Origin: Chiloscyllium plagiosum | Lineage: Eukaryota | NCBI RefSeq assembly: GCF_004010195.1 | Contig: NC_057726.1 | Coordinates: 14,890,572 to 14,954,571, forward strand | Direction of reading: 5' to 3' | DNA: 64,000 nucleotides | Shown: positions 1-13,072 of the stretch, piece after piece | Numbering within the stretch: the first letter of the stretch is position 1 | Layout of the letters: each line of letters opens with the position of its first letter | Notes under the pieces: model-generated | Told to the model about the DNA's origin: nothing | The model's input: the letters and a program-made list of their open reading frames with translations, nothing else | Databases searched by the model: none | Position numbers and translations under genes: made by a program

Positions 1-544
1 GATTGTCATTAAAAACTGGTTCACTGATGTCCTTTATGGAAGAAAACTGTGTATGATTCCAAGTGTGACTCCAGACTCACTACTGTGTGGTTCAGTTTGC
101 ACTGCCTTCTGAAATGTCCGAACCATCCCTTCAGTTGTTTCAATCACCAGAAAATCTCAAAAAAACATGAAACCAGACAGATCACCTGGCACCAGAAATA
201 ACAACAACACGCGCTGCTTCGTTGACCCGGGAGAGGCCTTCTTATTGAGGAGCTAATGGCACACATCACATTCATGGAATTGTACCTCATACAAAATATC
301 ACAAACCACCATCACCGTCCTGGGTATATCCCGTCCCCTCAGCTTGACAGATGCAGCAGAGGTGGTGGTTCTGTGATATGCAAGTGGAGGGGAGTTTGTC
401 CTGAGAATCCTCAAAATTGACTCCAGACCTGATGAAATCTCACGACATCAGGTCAAATATCAGCAAGGAAACTGCCTGCTGATTACCGATTACCTCGGAT
501 CCCCTATCTCCTCTCAAGCTGATGAATCATACTGTTCCATATTG

Positions 545-752
545 TTAAAAATCACACAACACCAGGTTATAGTCCAACAGGTTTGTTTGGAAGCACACTA
601 GCTTTCAGAGCACTGCTTCCTCATCAGGTAGCTAGATGAAGGAGCAGTGCTCCGAAAGCTAGTGCTTCCAAATAAACCTGCTGAACTATAACCTGGTGTT
701 GTTTGATTTTTAACTTTGTCCACCCCAGTCCAACACCGGCTCCTCCACATCA
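545..752. mobile_element. PLE family B mini-palindrome (inverted termini plus tail)
   Basis: Inverted arms span ~544-714, followed by a 38-nt tail (tttgtccaccccagtccaacaccggctcctccacatca). TSD tgttccatattg at 533-544 and 753-764. Hammerhead-like motif on the minus strand at 596-631. Confidence 0.8.
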
Positions 753-764
753 TGTTCCATATTG

Positions 765-1339
765 GATGGCATTTGAAGAAAGCACAGAATACAAAAGTAG
801 AGATATAATGATGAAACAGGAATATTGTGTGCTGTTCTGGTCACCACATCACAGGAAGAATGTAAATGCTGTGGAGAGAATGCAGAGAAGATGTTGCTGG
901 GGCTGGAGAATTGTAGCCACGTGGAGAGATTGGGGTTGTTTTCCTTAGAATAAGAAGGCTGAGGGGCAACGTGATTGAGGTATACAAAGTTCTGTGGGGT
1001 TGAGGGAGTAGACAAAAGAACCTGTTTCCCTTGGCAGAGAGTTCAAAAGCCAGGTGGTCATAGATTCAAGCTAAGTGGCAGAAGGATTAGAGGAAAAACA
1101 TTTTTATGCAGAGTGTGGTCAGTGTCCGGAATTCGCTGCCTGAGTTGGTGATGGAGGCAAAAATCCTACTCTCTGTTTAAAAAGTACTTGGGTCTGCACC
1201 TTAAGTGCTGTAAGCTGTGGTACAAAGGGCTGGGGATATGAAGGGAGATGGGATTAGAAAAGGTATTTAGGTGTTATTGGGTTGGCATGGGAAGATGGGG
1301 CCAAATGGCCCCCTTCTGTGCTGTATCATTTCTAGGTTC
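765..1339 (+). mobile_element. CR1 LINE 3' fragment
   Basis: EYKSRDIMM..EYCVLFWSPHHRKNVNAVERMQRR and LRGNVIEVYK motifs, followed by a typical CR1 3' UTR end (ggccaaatggcc...ctgtgctgta). Confidence 0.8.
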
Positions 1340-1590
1340 ACTGAGGGTGTTTACCAGTCCTACTGATCTAGCCTGGTCAAGTCCTAAAGGACTGAGCCGT
1401 CAGACTAATCCTGTAGCAGATGGTGAGGAACCAACAAGGGGGATGAACATTCTTGATCTCACACTCACCAGTCTGCCTGCTGCAGATACATCTGTCCATG
1501 ACAGTATTGTATATAAGAATGACCACTGCACATTATGTGTGTTGACAAAGTCCCACCTTCACATTGATGACACCCTCTGTCACGTCGAGT

Positions 1591-2455
1591 GGAAAAAACT
1601 AAAGAGATGCTTGTTGTCTTCAGGAGGGCATGGAGTGACCACTCTCCACTTGACATTGATGGCTCCCCTGTGGAGATCGTGAAGAGCACCAAATTTCCTG
1701 GCGTCCACCTGGCGGAAAATCTCACCTGGTCCCTCAACACCGGCTCCATAGCCAAGAAAGCCCAGCAGCATCTCTACTTTCTGCATAGGTTGAGAAAAGC
1801 CCCCCCCATCCCCCCCATCCTCACCACATTCTGCAGAGGGTTCATTGAGAGCACACTGAGCTGCTGCATTACTGCCTGGTTCAGGAATTGCGCCGTCTTT
1901 GATCGTAAGACCCTACAACAGATAGTGAGGACAGCTGAGAAGATCATTGGGGTCTCTCTTCCCTCTGTTACAGACATTTACTCCACACGCTGCATCTGAG
2001 AACATTATGGAAGACCCCACACAACCCTCACTCAAACTCTTCTCCCTCCTGCCATCGGGCAGAAGATAGCATTCGGTCTCTCTCGGCCAAACTGTGCAAT
2101 AATTTCTTCACCCAAGCCATCAGGCTCCTTAACACAGTATGATCGGATGCTTTCCCATGTGAAATTATTTGCACGACTTTTCAAATTGTTTCTAAAACAG
2201 TGGTTTTTCATGATCATTCACTATTACATTGTAATTTGTCCACCACCATGCCCATTGTCTTGTCAGGAATTAGTTCAAAACACGCAAGACAACACACTTT
2301 TCTTATGTACTTTATGCTGCTCTCTGTATGACTGTCCTCTCATGTAATTTATGCTGTCTATATAGCACCCTCGGTCCTGGAGGAACGCTGTCTCATTTTT
2401 ACTGTATCAGTTGTATATGGTAGAAATGACAAATAAAACTACTCTTGACTCTTGA
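1591..2455 (+). mobile_element. Rex1/Babar-type LINE 3' fragment
   Basis: KTKEMLVVFRR..VEIVKSTKFPGVHLAENLTWSLNT..AKKAQQHLYFLHRLRK..FCRGFIESTLSCCITAWF (RT C-terminus typical of Rex1/Babar). Ends in aataaa plus an (actcttg)n tail. Inserted between the W and HYH codons of the older LINE. Confidence 0.8.
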
Positions 2456-3032
2456 CTATCACTGTGCTGAATGGGATAGAATTCAAATAGGACAAGTAAC
2501 TCCAGTTTAGGCATCCAGGAGGTGCTCTGAGTCATCAATAGCAGCCAAAGTGTAGTTTTGCCAACAATCCACAACCTCATGGTCTGGCACGTGCCACTCC
2601 ACCATTAACATCAAGCCAGGGGATTAACCCTGGTTCAATGAAGAGAGCATATCAGGAGCAGCATCAGCTATACTTAAACCTGGTGAAGATACAACCCAGG
2701 ACCTACTTGTGTGCCAAGCATCATAATCACCATGTGATAGACAGACAGAGCTAAGCGATGTTAAATTTACTCCTTAGCAGAGTATCCCTAGTCTTCTGAT
2801 GACAAGAATTCTATGGATCTACAACCTTTGGAGTGAAGAAATTTCTAACTGTTTCATTTATCCTGCATCCAAGAGCTGAATTTGAACTTCCTGTCCCAAC
2901 TCTTGACCCGGAAGCACATGGGGAATCCAAAGGTTTCAGCATTGTGTTTGTCAGCAACATTTAACCTGGCCACTGCATTTGCTTCACACTTCACATTTAA
3001 GAACACGTGAACTAGGAGCAGCAGGTAGGCTA

Positions 3033-3273
3033 AGAGAAGGTGAGGACTGCAGATGCTAGAAATCAATGGCACTTAAAAAGCACAGCAGGTCAGGCAGCAT
3101 CCAAGGAGCAGGAGAGTCAATGTTTCGGGCACAAACCCTTCATCAAAAATGTGGGGGTTGGGGGTAGCGTGCCCAAAGGGGCTGAGAGATAAATGGGAGG
3201 GAGTAGGGCTCGGGGGCAAGGAAGCTTGGAATGTGATAGGTAGATGGAGGTGGAGGGTGATGGTGATAGGCAA
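3033..3273 (-). mobile_element. PLE family A 3' end, nested in a CR1 3' end
   Basis: Terminal motif gaggactgcagatgct...aagcacagcaggtcaggcagcatcc...cccttcatca plus purine-rich UTR. TSD caggtaggcta at 3022-3032 and 3274-3284. Confidence 0.75.
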
Positions 3274-4041
3274 CAGGTAGGCTATTTGGCTTCATGTATG
3301 GCTCTATCATTCAATAAAATTATGGTTGATCTGACTGTGGCCTCAAATCCACTTTATTGCCTCCCCCTGTGGCCCCACAGTTCTCACTGAGGGCTGATGA
3401 CAATTTTCAGGCCTTGAAACGGAGGCAACGTGGGAAAAGAATTAGGAAGCACCAGTCAATAACCAAAAGTAACAGGGGGAGAATTTTAACTGCCAGAGGT
3501 GAGCAGGTATGGTTGCTAGGAGGTTAAAAGAACCCAAAGTGCTGGATGTCAGAAAATCACAGGGACCCTCTGCAAATGTTTTCCATCCATCTCGTGGATA
3601 CAGTCCATTTGTCAAATGCATAGATTTTTTTCCTCCTTGGCACAAAATAGAGCACAGAAAAGCAGGAAGTGGCAGAGGATCCACGGAGATTGTGAGAATT
3701 TGAGGGGCCCTTCCTGTTTTCTCCATTCGGTCAGCCCAAGTGGAAGGAGGTGAGCTGAGTTTCAGGGTGCCTGACTCTTTTTTTCAGAGGTGGAGAGACC
3801 AGTTACCTAATGATAAAAGACTGCAGGGGTTGAAGGAGGGGAGGGGAAAGTACTCCATTGATCCATTGCTACCTTTGAGTTCTCAACCCCAAAATTGCAG
3901 TTGGCGACCCCCACCACCACATACACGCACACACACTTACTTTGGGAAGCCCTGTTCTAGACTCCCCGGCCTGGGAAAACAGCCTCTTCGCATCTAACGT
4001 CAAAAGTTCTCTAAAGGTTTCATATGATTCGATTCTAAGTA

Positions 4042-4314
4042 TGGTGATGGCGAACATGAGGGGGCATAGCTTTAAATTGAGGGGTGATAGATATAGGACA
4101 GATGTCAGAGGTAGCTTCTTTACTCAGAGAGTAGTAAGGGTATGGAATGCTTTGCCTGCAACGGTAGTAGATTCGCCAACTTTAAGTACATTTAAGTCGT
4201 CATCAGACAAGCATATGGACGTACATGGAATAGTGTAGGTTAGATGGGCTTCAGATTGGTATGACAGGTCGGCACAACATCGAGGGCCGAAGAGCCTGTA
4301 ATGTTCTATGTTCT
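4042..4314 (+). mobile_element. CR1 LINE 3' end
   Basis: MRGHSFKLRGDRYRTDVRGSFFTQRVVRVWNALP motif and a (tgttcta)n tail. Confidence 0.85.
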
Positions 4315-5789
4315 AAGACCACCTCTTCCTCCTCTGCACAGTATAGGCTCAGTTTTGAGGCATCCTCCTCAACCCAGGAGTCAATGTTGTGAACTTCTTT
4401 TACAACCCCCTCTAAGACAAGTATATCCTGGTATTAAAACAAAGACCAGAATTCCAGGTGTGGCCTTCCCGAAATCCCTGTGCAATGGCAGGAAGAGTTC
4501 CTTATTCTGACACTCAAGCTGCCCTGTAATTAAAAGTAACAGATCATTTTTCTTCCTACTTGCTTCCTGTAGATGCATATAGTAACATTGCCGTGGTACC
4601 TGCAGATGAACCCCCAAATTCCTCTTAGTACTCGTGTCACTTGCATCTCATCCTTTATTAAAAAACAATTCTGCCTTTTTAATCTCCTGACCAATAAACA
4701 GAACCATGAAACTTGCAAAGCTGAAGTTTGAGTTGTTCTATTGCTCGGCTGCATTTAATATGTTATCCTTACAGATTCCACGGGGAATAGCTGAACTGGA
4801 GAGCTATCATTTCCTGTAATCATATTTCTAAATTTCCATATCTATAATACTTTCCAGCTCATTGGATTTTAATATTCTGCATGTTCTATAAGTCATGGGG
4901 TAGATTTTACCAAGTGCTAATACTTTCCACAATTCCTTATGAACACCACACTGATATTCAATTCCATTTTCTAATGTAGCCAACGAACATTTCCAAAAGG
5001 TTATAATTATAATGATTTTAACCCAAACTAGTTATAATATTTGACGCTGATAAACCGGGAGTGTACATGATATCCTTTGAGAAACTGCACTAACATTTGA
5101 ATCGTCATCTTCCAATTCTTTGTTCCAGATCAGCAGGATTAAAACGAGGTGTTTTATTTCAGAAGGATTGACTTTATGCCAATGGGATCGTTTTTATATT
5201 TTATTGACCTGAAAGTTGTCATTAGCGCTTTGGAGTGTTGTTCTCTGGCCATGAAACTGTACATAAGTTAGAATTTTTCTGAGGTCATACTACGTTCGTC
5301 AAAGAGTATAGATGCGTAACTAAATTCTCTTTTTATGAAGAAAAGTTCTTCTACTGTCTAAACTCAAGTAATGGTCGATCCAAACTCTTTGTGCTAACCA
5401 CAGATTGGCCACTGAATTCACCTTGTTGCAAAACTCACATGTTGATGGATTCCTAAAAGGTCACTGAAGGTGACTGTTCAACTGCACGTATCATCACATG
5501 TGAAGGCTTCTTTTGTGAAATGCTTGGGGTGGTCTTGGTAGGAAAAGATTCCAAACTGGAAAGCCTGCAACAGCGAGACAGAGAAGGGAGAACTAAACCC
5601 TTTGAAGGTATTACTTGTGTAAAGGCCAGTACCATCGTTTTGGGTAAGAATGTTAATCTTAAACACTGGACTTGTACACGACCATACATAGTATTTGGTT
5701 GTGTCTATATCACAGACTAATATCCATGTTCCACCGACATTTCTCCCCCAATAATTGCAGCCATAAGCAGGTAATTTTTTTCTAATGTT

Positions 5790-6097
5790 AATTGAGGGCT
5801 GATATGGGCCAGGACATCAGGGGTAATTCACCTGTTCCTCTTTGACATGGTATCATGGGAATTATTTACATCCACCTCAACAGACAGACAGGACCTCAAT
5901 TTACCATCTAACTCAAACGTCAGCACCCCTGACCCTCCAGTGGTCCCCAGTACTAACTCTTTGACAGTGCTGTTTCTCTAAATGCCGACCTTTCCACAGT
6001 ATAGTGTCCCTCAGCACTGACCCTCTGACAGTGCAATGTTTCCTCAGCACTGACCCAGTGCGGCACGTCCTCAGTATTGCACAAGAATGTCAGCCTT
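5790..6097 (-). mobile_element. Deu-domain SINE (SacSINE1/AmnSINE1-like) with an internal ~31-bp tandem expansion
   Basis: Resembles the recalled reverse complement of the Deu domain (ggccaggacatcaggggtaattcacctgttcctctt...tttacatccacct...ctcagtattgcac...tgtcagcct). Degenerate units such as ctgaccctctgacagtgcaatgtttcctcagca repeat at ~5928-6080. Confidence 0.65.
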
Positions 6098-6156
6098 TAT
6101 TGTTATTCCCTCAGGCCCATGGAGTTTATCTAAGCTATTGCTAACACAAGTACTGA

Positions 6157-6301
6157 AAGCATCCAAGGAGCAGGAAAATCGACGTTCTGGGCGAAAGCCC
6201 TTCATCAGGAATGAAGGGATTTTGCCCGAAAAGTCGATTTTCCTGCTCCTCGGATGCAGCCTAACCTGATGTGCTTTTCCAGCACCACTCTAATCTTGAC
6301 T
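6157..6301. mobile_element. PLE family A mini-palindrome
   Basis: gcatccaaggagcaggaaaatcgacgtt..gggcgaaagcccttcatcag is inverted against atgaagggattttgcccgaaaagtcgattttcctgctcctcggatgc. Confidence 0.75.
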
Positions 6302-6687
6302 GTAATAGGTCTGCCATGCAATTGTTTCTTTATCTCCATAGCAACTCATCCAATTCCTCAAGCCTGCTTTACTGTTCCTGAAGATCAGCACCAACTCCAT
6401 TATTCTGCCTCTTGCTGCAAACTCTTTGGTGTCCATGAATTTATTGATTTTACTCCTAAATATGCTTAAAGACATATCCCTCTTTGTTGGAGGGATCATC
6501 CTGTTGGCTGAGAGAGGTTAGGTTATCGATGTTAACAAAAATTCCCTCAACTCTTTACTATGACAGATGTTCTAATGTTACAAGCCCACACTCAATTTTG
6601 AACTCTTATAACTCTTCCTGTCTGTATCACTCATTGTTTACCAATCTATCACTATTTATCTCTGTCTATACCTCACTATTTCTAAAC

Positions 6688-7007
6688 TTAGATTAGATTA
6701 CTTACAGTGTGGAATCAGGCTGTTCGGCTCAACAAGTCCACACTGACCCGCCGAAGCGCAACCCACCCAGACCCATTCCCCTACATTTACCCCTTCACCT
6801 AACACTACGGGTAATGTAGCTTGGCCAATTCACCTAACCTGCACATTTTTGGATTGTGGGAGGAAACCGGAGCACCCGGAGGAAACCCACGCAGACACGG
6901 GGAGAATGTGCAAACTCCACACAGTCAGTTGCCTGAGGAGGGAATTGAACCCGGGTCTACTGGTGCTGTGAGGCAGCAGTGCTAACCACTGTGCCATTGT
7001 GCCGCCC
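6688..7007 (-). mobile_element. HE1-type V-SINE (full length)
   Basis: The reverse complement starts with a tRNA-like head (ggcggcacaatggcacagtggttagcactgctgcctcacag; B box gggttcaattccc), has the V-domain tgtgtggagtttgcacattctccccgtgtctgcgtgggtttcctcc, and ends in a CR1-like (aatct)n tail. Confidence 0.9.
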
Positions 7008-7589
7008 ACTAAACTTCTTTCCTCCACTTGTCTATTACTTTTATCTGTCTCCCTAATTCTCATTATTCAACCAATAGGATCAAGTAGAATTTATATCTTG
7101 TCCAATTTCATCCTATCCCACTACACTGTGAGCTGACAAGTTTGTCTACAGTGTTAGTTTTAACCCTGGCCTAGTTGCTTTCTATTAAAATTGATGAGAT
7201 GTGCTTGCACGTGATATAAAACTGATGCTGTATTTTCTCACCTGGTATGTTAGGTTGAAATTGCGCCTTCTGTGCCTGTCTCTCTCTCTCATCATCAAAA
7301 TGATACATCCTACATGTTATTCCCATCAAGCAGAAATTAATCTGTTTTGCATGTGATATTTCAAAAGGAGATTAGTGAAATGAAATTTTCCAGGATTAGA
7401 GAATACTGCAGCCAGCTGTGAAAATCTGTGTTGGGGTGAAACTTTTGGGTGCTTTAATTGCTTCTCATTCTGTCTGTTCTGCCATTTATAAAATTCTTGG
7501 GAAAGCATCCACCTTCCATTCTATGGTTGTGCAAAAGCCAATGAAATGTTCTGTGCTTGAGATTTATCTTTTGAGAAGTAACATTTCAA

Positions 7590-7730
7590 ATCCACTGATC
7601 CTTCTTCAGAATTGTTCTTCAGGCCTTTGGACTCAACATTAACTCTGTTTCTCTCTCCACAGATGCTGCCCAGACCTGCTGAGTTTCTCCAGCAATTTCT
7701 GATTTGTTTCTGATTTTCAGCATCCACAGT
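7590..7730 (+). mobile_element. Old PLE terminus (family D)
   Basis: acattaactctgtttctctctccacagatgctgcccagacctgctgagtttctccagcaatttctg. The same terminus occurs at 36485-36610 (-), ~38845-38930 and 54597-54693. Confidence 0.6.
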
Positions 7731-8351
7731 TATTTGGGGTTTTTTAAAATCACTTTCTTCACATCATTTGTGTGGAAAAGATTGATTATCCCATAGACCC
7801 AAAGGTGCAGAAACAGCTCAGTGCACTTGGATACACTCTGATAATTTTGGACTGTTAGCTACACAAGTCTGATGTCAAGATTGTTTCTGCTCAATGAACC
7901 AAATTAACCAACAGAAGATCAATGGAGGCCTGTCATCAACTGTGATGGCGCAAGAACTTTGAATGCCATTGTCTTGGGCAAAGAACCATTCCATGAATTG
8001 TCATGTGGCCATATGGACCAGTTTCCAGATTGTCAGAGGTTATTCATCCTCTGTTATACCCATAAAGCAAGAAGGTACAAGTTCTACCTTCTTTCTTCAA
8101 TCTGTAGGAATGCACAATGGAGCAAAGGAACTGTTGTTCCTTGGTAGGCTATGCAGCTGATGTTGATTAAATGGACAGTCTGAAGTTTTTCCTTTTAAAA
8201 TATAAAAGGTTTGTGTCCTGATCTACTGCACACCTACATTCAAAATGCAATTCGTGTCAGCTGGTGAGCAAATTTGGCTAATGCCATTATTCAGGATTTG
8301 GATGTTGGAATGGCAGGACTATGGCAACTTTACTGTTACGTATTTGGAGGA

Positions 8352-8702
8352 GAGGTGATGGCTTAGTGGTAATATCACTAAACTATTAAGCCAGAGATCC
8401 TGGTCGTATTCTGGGGACCCTGATTTGAATTGTGTTGTGTCTCATGGTGGGATTTGAACTCAGTAAATGTCTGGAATTCAGAATCTAATGATGACCATTA
8501 AACCATTGTTGTTGGTCACAAAAATCCAATCTGGTTCACTAATGTCCTTGAGGGAAGAAGAATACCATCTTTACCAGGTGTGGTCTACACATGACTCCAG
8601 ACCCATTGCAATGTGGTTGACATTTAACTGCTGTGTGAGCAATTAGAGATGGGCAATAAATGCTAGGCTAGCCAGTGACACCCGCATCCCATGAATGAAT
8701 AT
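8352..8702 (+). mobile_element. tRNA-headed SINE (shark family, full length)
   Basis: A box tggcttagtgg at 8359-8369; body ctggttcactaatgtcctt..gactccagaccca; tail gcaattagagatgggcaataaatgct..catcccatgaatgaat. Confidence 0.8.
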
Positions 8703-11700
8703 TTGTTTTCAGGAAATGTTATTCTGAGGTAAAAAAAAGTAGGACCAGCTCATGGTACCTTCCGTCTTTGTTCTTTTATCTTCTTGTGGTCCACATCTAT
8801 TTTAGGGTTTCCAAGGGGGTCGAAAGTTTTGATTTGGGAATTCTGATTGAAGAGTAAAGCTCTTCCACAGAACAGGTCTTTCATGCTGTCGAGTGGAGCA
8901 CAGTGTTGCAGCACACAGTCATTACAATTTACTGATCCTGTTCAGTGCAACAGAGGAAGCACCTTCTAAACATTTGGTGTAAGTTCTATCATGGAATGCA
9001 ACAAGCTCCTTGCAACAAAATTTACGACTTGCTCACACATGCCCTCCAAACACTTAGTGTGCCCGATGAATACTGTGTTTTTCCTCATTAGTTACTCTGC
9101 TCTCTCAGGAAGGATGACACTCAGTGTGAAAGCTCAATCTGTCAAGGACCTTGTTGATCATTGCTGTTCTATGGTCTTGTAAACAAATGATTTGTTGCAG
9201 CCCTGTAGGCATGGTCTTCCAATTTACCCCTTGAAAAGCCTGAATCCTTCTGTTTGTTTGCCAGGTAAGGTCTCTTCTGTCTGCTTGTTGAGCAGACACT
9301 CAAGTTTCAATTGCCCATGGTAGTGTGCCAGCAACTGGCCAGTTTATGCTGCCAGGTTGAGTTGGATGGTAACTGACCAGTGGAATGTGAAAGTTGATTT
9401 GGGACAGCTCAGAGCATTTGTTTTCTATGCCAATCAGATTGGACTTCAAGATACAACAGACACAAATAATGTGTTAACTCTCTACAGCAAAACCAGTGTC
9501 CACTCTGAGTTACAAGCCTGGTGAAAACTAATGGAGACCTTGGGCAACCCAATCATCACAGCAACCCTTCTAGATGTCTCCTTTCAATGTTTGACACTGG
9601 TTTGGTTGCAGGGGTTGATGGAAAGATCACATATTAAGGCATTCATCTTTTTAAGCTCTACTTTGTTTCTTATTTTGGCTCGGACTTTCTCCCATGGCTT
9701 TAATTTCTGTAGAGGTTCTACAAGGCAATGAGGCTAATTGACCAGAGTTGGGAGCTTGGTTCATTAGCACCTGGGTATTTTCATGTGCTGGTTGGCCTGT
9801 GCAATGCATATCTAGAAGCCAAACACTTCATGAGTTTCTCTGAAGCTTGTACCTGGAACTATGAGGAACCCAATCGTTACGTGCCACAATATGGAGGTAC
9901 AACAGAAGACATCCTAAATGACAGGGAGAGACCGAGACATTTGTCTGTCCTTTTTTTGCACATTGTTGCCAACCAGACAGTCTGGGCTTCTGTCAGCGAT
10001 CATAATATTCCAGCATTATAAATTTATTGGATAATCTCTCTACTTGCAATACAGCCCAGGTATAGTTGTCATATCTGAACAGTACAGTGCAATTTGGTAT
10101 TTTATGTAAGCTTTCTCTGGATTATTCCTGTTTGGTGCAAGGCTGTAGGAAATACTATGTTTTGAATCAGATCTCACGGAGTACACAAAAGTCGGTAGTG
10201 TGTAATTGGCTTTTTAGGTAGCACTTTCTAGCTAGAAATAAGAGAACTCTTAACCTGTGTGGAATTTTCCTTGGCAAATTGTGAGAGAATGGTAAGGTTC
10301 CCATTGGATCTGCTCCATCTTAACTTGTCTCTGATTAGTGACTGCACTATAGTTGGATGTTGTAATTTTAAAGAGATGCACTGTTCCCCTCTTTAGCAAA
10401 AGAATAATGCACAATGTTTTACATGGTATAATGTTTCTGTCCTTATGCAACAACGCATTAACTGACCTGCTGTGAAATTGATCTTATAAAATATTTATGC
10501 TGGATATTCTCAGGTGTAACAAAATAAGAATCCAGTATGTTATCAGATGCTAATGTGATGACAGTTCATAATAATATGCTATCGTTATTTGGGAACTTGG
10601 GTTTTATAGTGGAAGAAAATGGATTTTAGTTTTCATTTAATGTTTGACTTGATTTTTTTTTAATAAGGTCGGATGGTAAGTTTAAACAGTGAATTTAAAA
10701 CCACGTGGACAAGAAATCATGTGATTTAAGCTAAATGCCCAACAAGTCTCCTGGGGAGAGGATTGCTAAGATGTGTTTGCTGACTTGAGCTCCATCACCC
10801 AGAGAAATCGGGAGAGGGGACCAGAATCAGATGCATGCAAAGACAAAAAGTTCAGAACAAGAGCTGTCAGGGCTGGGGTGAAGTTCTGATAAACTCAAAC
10901 CTTAGCGGGAAGAAAGCTATTGAAGCAGAAGGCATTGAAAAAGAAAAGGATGGCCTGCAAGACTACTGAAAGTGTGAGATTAGGCATCTCAGGATAAATA
11001 ATAAGGTAAGCTGAGTTTGCGATTTTAAGGTGTCTGAGGAATACATGAACTGAAGAAAATAGCATTTGGTGAATGCACAGAATTTGTTGAAAGGAAACTG
11101 GTACCCGCCATGCCAGCTAAACAAGAAGCTTTAGTGTAAAGATATGTTGACCATTCATTGAAGTTGACTGTCTGTAAGGTTATGGCTGGGGTAGAAAATG
11201 AATTCTTTTTGACCTTTGATCCAGTGGTTCTTTGTAGAGTGTGATTTAGTTCACATTTTTCTTTTATGTGAAAAAAACTTTGTTCAAAGTACAATGGCAG
11301 CCACTTGCAGCTGTCTTCAGTGACTGACTCTCTGGTAAACCGAAATAAAAATTATGGTCTCTGGATTGTCTTGTATTATTACCATCAGCTGAGGTCACGG
11401 CACTACTTTAATGTGTATAAATCAGTGAATTAATTTAGAAAATTTCTGTCAATATTATTTTGAGACTTGAGTGAGGGCAGAACTTTTCAAGAGGCTTTAG
11501 GCCTTGGATATCATCATCAACTGATCAGGATATGGAATGAGACTGGAGGAGCAGTCACCCTAAGGCGATCTTTTATTTGACCACCTCCAGAGTTTGCAGT
11601 CCCTATTGACGCCTTGATGCTAATGTGGTAATCAGAAGCCAGCTCTAGACAATCATCTGTTCCATTGTATTGCTGTTTTCTCTGTTCAGTCATCCAGTAC

Positions 11701-12189
11701 CACTTTCCATTAATCCTTCAGTCATAGATCCAGATCTTTTTCTTGATCAGTGGTAAATGAATGGTGCTAGTTATTCATTACCCTAACACTTGCCTACAAA
11801 AATTATGTGCTTGTTTGTTACCTGTTTTGCGACAGTTAGAGAGAAATAACAGCATGGTGCTCCCAACAGGAAATCTGCATCAACAGGACAAAGAACATTT
11901 CCTTAAAGAATGCTTTCTGAGATTTCAGGGCCTAAGCCAGGAAATATGGTTCAAAATATTTATTCAAAGCCACATCAACAGTGTGCCAAATGAAATAAAG
12001 ATGGGGAGCAAAATAAGGATGAAAAGAGAAAGAGTAAAGCAAAAGATCAGAAGGAAAACAATAGCAAATTTTAATAGCCAGCAATAATTAAATTATGAAG
12101 GGATGTGATGTTAAAAATTACTTCATGCTTGACTGGATAAATCCTGATTATTTTGGGGATTTTAATAGGTAAGGAGTGCCTCTTCACCC

Positions 12190-12658
12190 ATTTCAGAAAA
12201 TACTTACAAGGATGTTGCCAGGGTTGGAAGGTTTGAGCTGCAGGGAGAGGCTGAATAGGCTGGGGCTGTTTTCAATGGAGCATCAGAGGCTGACTGGTGA
12301 CCTTATAGAGGTTTATAAAATCATGAAGGGCATGGATAGAGTGAATAGCCAAGGCTTTTTCCCCAGGTGGGGAGGTCCAAAACTAGAGGGCATAGGTTTA
12401 AGGTGAGAGGGGAAAGATTTAAAAAGGGCCCATGCAGTAACATTTTCACACAATGGGTGGTGCATGCATGGAACAAGCTTCCAGAGGAAGTGGATGAGGG
12501 GGCTACAATTATAACATTTAAAAGGCATCCAGATGGGCATATCAATAGGAAACGTTGAGAGGGATATGGGCAAATGGGACGAGATTAGATTCGGATATCT
12601 GGTCAGCATGGATGAGTTGGACGAAGGGTCTGTTTCTGTGTTATACATCTTTATGACT
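12190..12658 (+). mobile_element. CR1 (HER1-like) LINE 3' fragment
   Basis: RMLPGLEGLSCRERLNRLGLFSMEHQRLTGDLIEVYKIMKG and TRGHRFKVRGERFK, followed by the 3' UTR. Confidence 0.9.
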
Positions 12659-13072
12659 CACCTTTATCAGCACTGAGTGGAAAACTTGTAGAGAAATGAA
12701 CAGGAGGACATGGATTGACCGGGGTTATCGGGGGTCAAGTAGAAAAGTAGAGTTCTGGCCACAATCAGTTCACCCATGATCTTACAGAATGGTAGAGAAG
12801 GCTGAAGGAATAAAATGTTGTATACTTGCTTCTATTTGTAACTGTTCCTTTTTAACCCAGAGGGAAATGTCTGGGTATCCCTAGTTAATTGTGCATGCTT
12901 AGAAACTGGACGTTAATGTCTGATTAATCCTAACTGAGCACTGATAGCCTCACCCTCATTCTTGCCAGAAAGTCTGGCAATTGTGTATTTGAAAAAATAA
13001 GTAAGTGCCAGAAACAGCTTTCTTTTTGAAATTAAGAAGAATTTCTCAGCTAGAGGTTGGTGAATCTAGGAT

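Larger units (their letters stand above)
1..2760 (+). mobile_element. Decayed 5' part of an APE-endonuclease LINE (CR1-group sensu lato), in three pieces (1-543, ~1345-1590, 2456-2760) split by younger insertions
   Basis: Degenerate APE motifs across frameshifts (ITVLGY..., DRCSRGGG). Then EEPTRGMNILDLTLTSLPAADTSVHDSI..NDH..TKSHLHIDDTLCHVEW (ORF 1248-1682), resuming after 2455 as YHCAEWDR and IKPGD*PWFN. Bases 1-135 match the body of the SINE at 8352. Confidence 0.75.
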
